A stretch of DNA of 38,629 bases from an uncultured Clostridia bacterium. GTDB taxonomy: Bacteria > Bacillota > Clostridia > Christensenellales > UBA1242. The translations under genes were made by a program, and so were the position numbers. Shown here piece by piece: positions 8,995-17,900 of the stretch. The notes beneath the pieces are model-generated. The model saw only the letters and a program-made list of their open reading frames with translations. It had not been told where the DNA came from and made no database searches. The stretch is taken from contig CALWFX010000031.1 in NCBI GenBank assembly GCA_944377765.1, positions 1-38,629 on the forward strand. Reading direction: 5' to 3'. The stretch's first letter is position 1. Each line of letters begins with the position of its first letter.

Positions 8995-11900
8995 ATGAAA
9001 AGAATTAACATTTTGTTGGTTTCAATTTTTACCGTTCTTATTGGGACTTTTCTTTCTGCATGTAACTTTAAAAATCAAACAGCAGAGTTTTCAGTTGCTG
9101 AAATTAAAACTTCAATCGGACAAGAGATTAATTTGGATGATTATCTTGAAACAAAAGAAGTTGATAAAAATGAAATCACTTTTAAATTTTCTAACTCTTC
9201 ACTCTTTTCAATTTCTGATCACACAATAACTGCTTTAACCCACGGGCAGACAATGGTTTATGCTACATATCAAAACAACATTCTTGCAGATATGAAACTT
9301 ATTGTTAAAAAACCTTTTGAACAAGTTGCAAATATTAAAATGGACGATATGGGACTTGTAACTTGGAACAAGGTGGTTGACAAATTTGATGAAACAGAAG
9401 ATTTCACTTCTCCTTCTCAATATAAAATTAATTTTGCTTATGAAAATATGGACACTGGCGAGCAAAAAAATTATGATGAATACATAGCAACAAATAGTTT
9501 TCAACTTGTTGAAAATGGAAAATACACTCTGTCTATAATTGCTTGTGGAGAAGGTAACTTTGATAATTCTCAGGCATCTTATATCACAGTGTATTTTGGA
9601 TATATGGCAAAACTTATAAAGTCAGATTTTTCTTTTGATAGTAGCACTAACATTGTATCATGGTCAAGTGTCAGCGATGCAAGTTATTCTGTTATATTTA
9701 ATGGCAAAGTGATAAGCGAAAAGCAAAGCGATAATTTTATTAAAATTTCAAGTTCGCTTGAAACTTTATCTTCTGGAAGTTACGAACTTTCTGTTGTTGT
9801 TCACGATAAGAATTCTGAAAAAATTAGTGTGGAAAGCGAAAGCATTTCAATAAACAAACTGAATGCTCCAACTTTTGAAAATCTTTTTGATGAGGAAAAA
9901 GGTGGTAGATATCAAATTTCTGCTCCTGAACATTTTAAAAATGTGGAAGTTAAAGTTGGAGATGAATATACCTTTAATTTCACTGAAAATATCAATGAAA
10001 CCACTTTTGAAGGTGTGGCAGAAGGAAAATATCAAGTTTCGGGCAAGGCTTTTGCAAATAGTAGTGATGAACAAGGTGTGTTTTATGCAGATAGTGATAG
10101 TGTTGAACTTGGAAAAATTTATAAACTTGGCAAGTTGACTTTGCAAGGAACTGGCGAAAACGAAGAAGATGCAACAACATTTAATTTTAATGTGGAAAGA
10201 AATTTTGATAACTATGAAAGCAATATCAAGATGGTTTTATCTGGTGCAAAAGAAAATGAATATGTTGAAAATGGTTTCACTTTGAGTGAAAAATTGATAA
10301 ATAAAGAAGTAACTGATTTAGAAAGTGGAAGTTATAATCTTTCTGCATTTGAGTTTGCTGGGCAACAAAATGTTAACATTGAAGGGGAAGATTTTGCTAT
10401 CATCAATGGCGATGAAAGTGAAAAAGTGAATTTTGTTAAACTTGATGCTTTTCAAGAATTTGATGATGGTAACATAATTAAACATTCTTATGTTGAAGGC
10501 AACTCAGTTTTTGAATTTAATATTGTTTCATATGCAACCAATTATAGTTTATATGTTAAAAATGGCGAAGAATATAATCTTGTTGAAAACACTCTTTATG
10601 ATTATGCTGATGGAAAGATAACCTTTAATGGCAAAGTTGAAAATCTTTTTGCTGAAAACATTAGTGAACAGCAAATTGAGTTCAAGTTGGTGGCAGAAAA
10701 TGAAGATAGATTGAATTACATTTTCTCTTCCACATTAAAAAGTTTTGAGATTTTGGATACTCCAACAAGTGATGGTGGAAATGTTGCAGGGGATGTTTTT
10801 ACCTTTGATGCAGTTGAAAATGCCGGAAGTTATTTAGTGCGTTATGCTATGATTGACAAGGCAAGTTTTGAAAGTGGAGTTGATGATATAGAAACTGAAA
10901 GTATGTCTTTTACCACAAAAGAGATTTTTGAAGAAAGTATCACTCTTGTAAGTGGTAATTATTACTATGTTGAAATTGTTGCAAATCCAGAAAATTCCAG
11001 TTTATATTTAACTTCAAATGTATTTAAAAAAGTGTTTTATCTTTCAAAACCACTTGAAACACCAGTTGTTTCTTTTGGTTATAATGAAAGTTATAAGGGT
11101 GTTATTACAGATGCAAGTGGATATTTTTTGAAAGTTGAAAGTGTTGAAAATCTTGAAAGTTTAGTTGTTACAAAGGATACTCTTGCAATTGAAAAATATA
11201 CAGATGATGGAAAGGCAACAATATATCTTTTTACAGATAGTTTTAGCGGTGGCAAAACATCTAATATTTCAGTTGTTGCTCATTCTGTTGACCCAACAAT
11301 TTACACAGATAGTTTACCATACAATTTGGAAATATCACGAATTAAAAGAGTGGAATATTCAGACTTAATTTTTGACGAACTTACAAAAAATTTAACAGTT
11401 AAGGGTGGAATTGAAGGAGCAACAAATATTCGTATTTATGAAAGCGAAAGTAATCAAGTTGAAAGACCTAACACCGACACAACTTTGCCTGTTTGGAAAA
11501 TTACCAATAGTTCAATTCAAATAGATGTTGATGGCAGTGCTTTGAATGATGAATACTTTGAAATTGTTGACAACAAGGTTTATCTTGACAGTGAAACAGC
11601 AACTTTTAATATTAGACGACTTGAAAAGCCAACTGAATTTGCTTTCTATAATGGAAATTTGACCTTTACTGCAACACCTGACCTTGTGGAATATTTTGTT
11701 TTAGATATGTTTGTGGAAGATGCCAATGGTGCTCAAACACTTTTGAAAGTAAATTTAACATCACCAGAAATTGATGTTGATGTTTATAAAGTGCAAGACG
11801 AAGATTTATTGCTTATAGAACAAGATATAAAACTTACACCAGAAAGCGAAATTGTGGCTGGCGAGGGCGAATATACCATAGATTTTAACGCATTATTAAC

Positions 11901-14900
11901 TTTAATTAAGGGAAATGAAAAGTTATATGCTTATTATTCTCAGTCATTAAAAGTGGAGTTTTCACTCTATTCATATGTAACCACTTTGGCAACTTCAATT
12001 TATCTTTCTTCCTATAACGCCACTCTTAAAGATAATGCTAGTGGGGACAGATTGATAATTGAAAAAATGGAGAGTCCAGTTATAAGTTATAACAAAGAAA
12101 CATCAAATTTAAGTTGGCAAAAGGTTGGCGAAGAAAGTGCGGAAACCGAATATGTTGTTTACGATGCTTCAAGTGGAGAAAAACAAGAAATTTCTCGTTC
12201 AAATGCCACATCATATGTTGTTGATTTGTCTAAACTTACCTTATCCACCGATTATAAATATGTTGTTGTTGCAACAAATCCATATTATCTTGAATCAGGA
12301 GAGTCTAATGAAATTTTAATTCATAAATTAAGCGGTATTGATAAAGTTAAATTGTCAGATAATAAACTTCAACTTTCCGCTTTAACACAAGATGCTAATT
12401 TTGTGGAAAAAACAATTCTAACCATTGATGATGGAGATGAAATTTCAATAACAAACTATGAACATACTATTTCCGCAGTTGGTAATTATAAGTTTAAATT
12501 TGTTGCAACAGAAAGTTTTGAAAGCGAAGGAAAGTTTTATATTGATTCTAGCGTTTCTTCCTTTACTGTAAATAATCTTTCTTCAATTGCACCAAGTGAT
12601 ACCACTGTGAAATTTGTGGATAACACTGTAAGTTTTGAAACTTTTGGACAAGATAAAAACCTTCAAAGTTTAAAATATTTGATTATTTTTGTTGATGAGC
12701 AAGGGAATATGGCACAAGTTTCAACAAAAGAAAATAGTTTTGTTATTGATGGTCAAGACGAACTTAATCCATTAAACAAATTGATTGCAGGAAAAATTGA
12801 TATTAAAGTTTACGCAGTTTTAGATGCTTACAACATTTCAAGTGGCGGAGAAGTTTTCTTTAACACAGAATTGTCTTTGGTAAATGGCGAAAAGATTTAT
12901 AATGCTTTTGAATATTCAAGTGATAAAAGCATTAGCAAACTTTCCACACCAATAATTTCAAATATTGAATTTGTTGAAAACAATGACTCACAACGACCAA
13001 CAATGAAACTTACTGTAAGCGGAAATTATAGCACAAATGAAACATTGTTAATTTTTGTTGGAAATTATACCGATTATATTTTTGAATATCCTTGCATAGA
13101 CGCAGAAGAAAATGTTGTGGAAATTGCCTTTGACCAATATTCTGACTATTTTGCAGTTGGCGAAGAAACTGAAATATTTGTCTATGTTAAAAGTAATAAC
13201 AACTTGCCTTCTTCATTTGGTTCGGCTAAGGTATATAGAAGTCCAGCGCTTGTGAATCTTGAACAAAACAGAAGTCAAGATAGTATATCCTATGTTCAAA
13301 ATGTTACTTTCACTTTTGAAAGCGAAGAAGTTGTTAAATATGCCACAGGTGGAATAACTTTGATTGTGAACTATACCACAAACGATGAAGAAAAAACAGA
13401 AACAATAAATGTTCCAGCTGATACCTTTGTGGATGGCAATAAAATTACATACAGTTTGATTAATTTCTTTAATCAAAACATGAAAAATGGTGGACAACTT
13501 TATTATCAGGCATTTGTGAACAATTATAGTAATTCAGCAAGTGGCAAATATTGCTTGTCATCAGAATCAATTTCAACTGAAACATATTACATACTTGAAA
13601 GTCCAAGTGATTATATTGAAAAGGTTGCAGGCGGAATAATTATTGGCGAAAAAGAAGATGGAACACTAATTAACTCTGAAAACACCAAATACGTTGTAAC
13701 AAAAGGCAGTGAACGCTTTGAAATTACCTTGCAAGATGGAAGATATTATTTTGAATATCCAACTGATTGGGAAAATGGCAGTCATACTTTTACAGTTGTT
13801 GCAATGCAAGACAATATGATTAATTCAAATGTTGCAACAGTGAATTTAGAAATGCAAAGGTTGGAAAAGGTTAATAACATAATTTTCAAGCGTGAACAAG
13901 GTTTGCAAGATTTAACATTATCTTGGGATGCAGTTGCAAATGCTGACAGTTATATGATTAGAGCATATGCTGACAATGATATTTTGATAAATGAGTTTGA
14001 AACAAGCTCAACATCATTTTTGATGACTGAAATTTTTGGTGAAAACTATGAAAAATTGGGCTCATATATAAGTCAAGGTGCACAAATTAGATTTGAAATT
14101 ACATCTTGTTCAAATAGCAACACTTTTAACAATTCTTCAATTCAATATGTAAATGCTGATTTTCTTGGAACGAATATAACAGTTCTTGATTTTGTGGTGG
14201 GCGAAGATGGACAACTTTATTTTAAAACCGAAGCTGGTAAAGATTATATGTATCGAGTTGTTGATGTCAGTGGTGCTGAATATTTAGGCTGGCAACAAAT
14301 AACTGCAGATGCTGAAAGTTATGTTATAGATTTAACCCAAATTGAAACATTAACTTCGGCAAACACCTTTAGGGTGCAAGTCATAACAACTGGTAATGCT
14401 GAAACTTCTGGAATAATTTATAATGACGATGCAATAAAACTTGTTATAGATTCAGCAATGGTTGCAAGTGAAGATGCTTTTATGCTCTCTCCTACTGCTC
14501 ACGAAGTTAAACCACACTACACCGATTTAAGTAAAGTTTGTGTCTCTCTTGAAGACCAAAATTCAGTGATTTATGCCAGTCTTTCTTCAAATTATGATTT
14601 TGATAATGTGATTAAACTTGACATAGATTATGCAAATATTCTTGAAGATAATGGCTATTATCTATATCAAATGGATTACACAGGCATATTCGATATGTTT
14701 GGAATTACAGAAACAACCAATATATACTTCTTTGTTAAAAAGTCAGGAGAAGAAGCTAATTATGTTATTTCTAAACCTTTTGAATATGAGTTTAAAATAG
14801 ATAATTCAACAAGTTTTATTAGCATTGAAAAAAATGTTGTTTCTGATGAAGAAGACTATGTGAACACTTATTTAACTTATGAAAAGCAAGATGGCGAAGA

Positions 14901-17900
14901 TATGGATAAAGTGTTAAACAACTTTGACATTCAAGGCTTTTACATAAAAATTGTTCATACTTCTTTGGAGGGAGAAGTAACAACAATTAAAGCAATTTAT
15001 AATAAGATTAATTTGGTTGAAGATATATTTGAAGATAAAATTGCTCTTAACATCACATATTTATTAAGTGAAGATTGCTTGGATGTCGATGAAAATCCTG
15101 TCGACCAAGGTGCTGGCAGTTACAAAATTTATATAAGCAATATCAAGGTTGTTAATGAAGGAACTGAAGATGAGCCTGTTTATATCACTTACTTTAGTCC
15201 TTATGTGGAAACAACCACAGGTGGCGAAGAATTTGTGTTTGAAAAATTACCTGAAATGTCGAGCGTGTACTTAAATAATGGAGACCTTTACTGGACATAT
15301 GACGCAGAAATGATGGGAAAGGTAACAAAGTATTACATATATTACATCAGCACTTCAAATTATAAAGATTATAATATTTATAAAACACAAAACAACACTC
15401 AAAATTCTTATAGCGGACTTCTTTTTGCTGGCGATAGCAATGCTTACAACATTTCAGTTCAGCCTGTTAGCAGTGACCCAAAAATTATTGCAGGTAATGA
15501 AAAGTATGTGGCAGATTCTGATGGAACTCCAATTAATGTTGTGAAAAACAGATTTAATAACACTCTTCATCTTTCAACAAATGGAACACTTTCAGTTAAC
15601 TGGAATGCCAATGTTGAAGATTCAACCACTGATCATGACATATATAAGTTATTAAAGCAGGAAAATATTACTGCAGAAATGGCTAACGATTTTATACATG
15701 AAACAATCTACTATCCTTTCACCTTTAATGTCAGCGAACTTGTTTATGGCTCAACAAAGGTAAGGTTTAGATTTACTTCATATCGAACAGATGATAAAAG
15801 TGAAATAGCTTTTCGTCGCTCAGTTGATGTGGATGCCATTTATCTTTTAGGAAATATCATCAATGAAGGATTTACTCTTGAAGAATTTGAAGGAAAACTT
15901 GACGAAATAAGTAATTTATTGGTTAACACTGCAGATAAAAACATAGTGCGTGACTTTAAATCTGTTATAAAAGCAAGGATGGGTGGAATTGGAAACTATA
16001 TCAATATTTTTGATGATTTCTTTGAGATTGTTCAAGAAGGAAAATATGAAATAGAATATTGTTTACTTGGAAATTCTTCAACATTAAATTCTGTTTGGTA
16101 TCAGTTAACTCAAGATGATGGCTCAAAAGATTTTTACATTAATCCAACTCCAAGTGTTGTTGCTGACAGGTCAGATGAACCTGTTGATGGAATTTCATAT
16201 GAATACTTTATTAAAGTTAGACAAAGCAACATCTATCTTAAAGATGGCTCAAAAGAACTTGCAAACACATATTTTATTCAAATGAAAACCAACAACGAAA
16301 CCAAAAAATATGGTTTTGAAATAAGCACTCAAGATAGTGGCAACACTTGGTCTCTTAAAATGGTGGGAAACGACAATGTTGCATCATATAATATCGATCA
16401 AGAAATTGTTTCTGAAAATGAAAAATATTTAATCATTTACTTTAACTTACATGATGGGCGTTCAATTAAAGCACAATATAACGATTATGTTAAAAATGAA
16501 GATTTTGCTTTGGAACTTTTTGCACAAGGGAACGCTGTTTCTTTGTCAAGTAAGTCTTCAAGATTTACAGTGTCTTTCTATAATGCTTGCGATTCTTTCA
16601 AAATTGAAGATGGAAAATTCTCTTGGATTTCACACTTAAATAACCCAACTAACATTTTATATAAATTTAAAGATGACAACAAAGAACAACCTGCAACCGC
16701 AGTTGCAGAACAAAACAGAATGTCTTATTTCAGCCTTGAAGGAAAACCAACTGGACTTTATGAATATATCAAATTTGTAACAGAAGGCAGAGTGGAAGGC
16801 AACACGATAAGAATTGACAGTGAAGTTTACACAATCAATAATGTATATAAACTTAATTCGCCAAGTTTGAACACAAGCCTTAATCTTATTTCAGTTGACG
16901 ACACTGCAAATGATAAGTTCTATACTGATAAGGCATATAGCGATAATGAATTCCACCGCTTTAAAGTTTACAACGATATATCCACAGAAAATTCAAGTTA
17001 TATTTTTCCATCTGGTGAAGCGGTTGGATATTATCAGCCGGGTATTACAAACTATCTTTCAACAGATGTTGACTATGCTTATAAAGCAACAGAAGAGTCA
17101 GCAAGCAAGTTCTATTTCACCAGTCTTGGAAGTACAGCAACTTTCAGCACAATATTGGACAGCAGTGATGCTTCTCATAATAATTATACCTTTAAAATTG
17201 CTGGCCATGAAGATGAAGATTTGTCTGTTTGTGTTATGTCTTCAGTTAAAGAATTTAATGCTAAAATGTTGAAGCCTGTTTCTGACATTTTGGTTGGAAA
17301 TGGAATAATCACATGGAACAATTTTAATGTTTTGGGTGAAGAAACTTATGATGAAGAAAACTACAGCATGGTGTATAAGGTATCAATGTCTTTCTATGAA
17401 AGAAATAACAGCAGTGCTGGAACAACTGAAGACATTGTGGGAACTCCAATTGAATGTTATACAACAAAAACCATGTTTGACACATCTAAAGTGGAAGATA
17501 AATTCCCACAAGGCTCTTACAGTTTCCTTAAAGTTACAATTCAAGCCATGATTTTAAGTTTGGTTGAGAATCCAACTTCTGAAAACTATGTTGAACTTGT
17601 GGAAGGCGGATATGCTCAGGGACAAAATATTACATATACAAGTATATCTAATAACATTTTAATTTCAAATGGCGAAGAAATTAATGATATTCAATTCTCT
17701 AAACCTGTTACTAACATCAAGGTTATATCTGATGAAGGCGACACCTATGGTAAAATTTCTTGGGAATACAGCGGAAATGCTAACTTTATTGTGGAAGATG
17801 AAAATGGGGAAGAAGTAAGTGGCAGTATTGCTAACAATTCTAATACTTATATTTTCACACCAAATGCAAATGAACTTGAAGGTGGAGAACATAAGTTGAC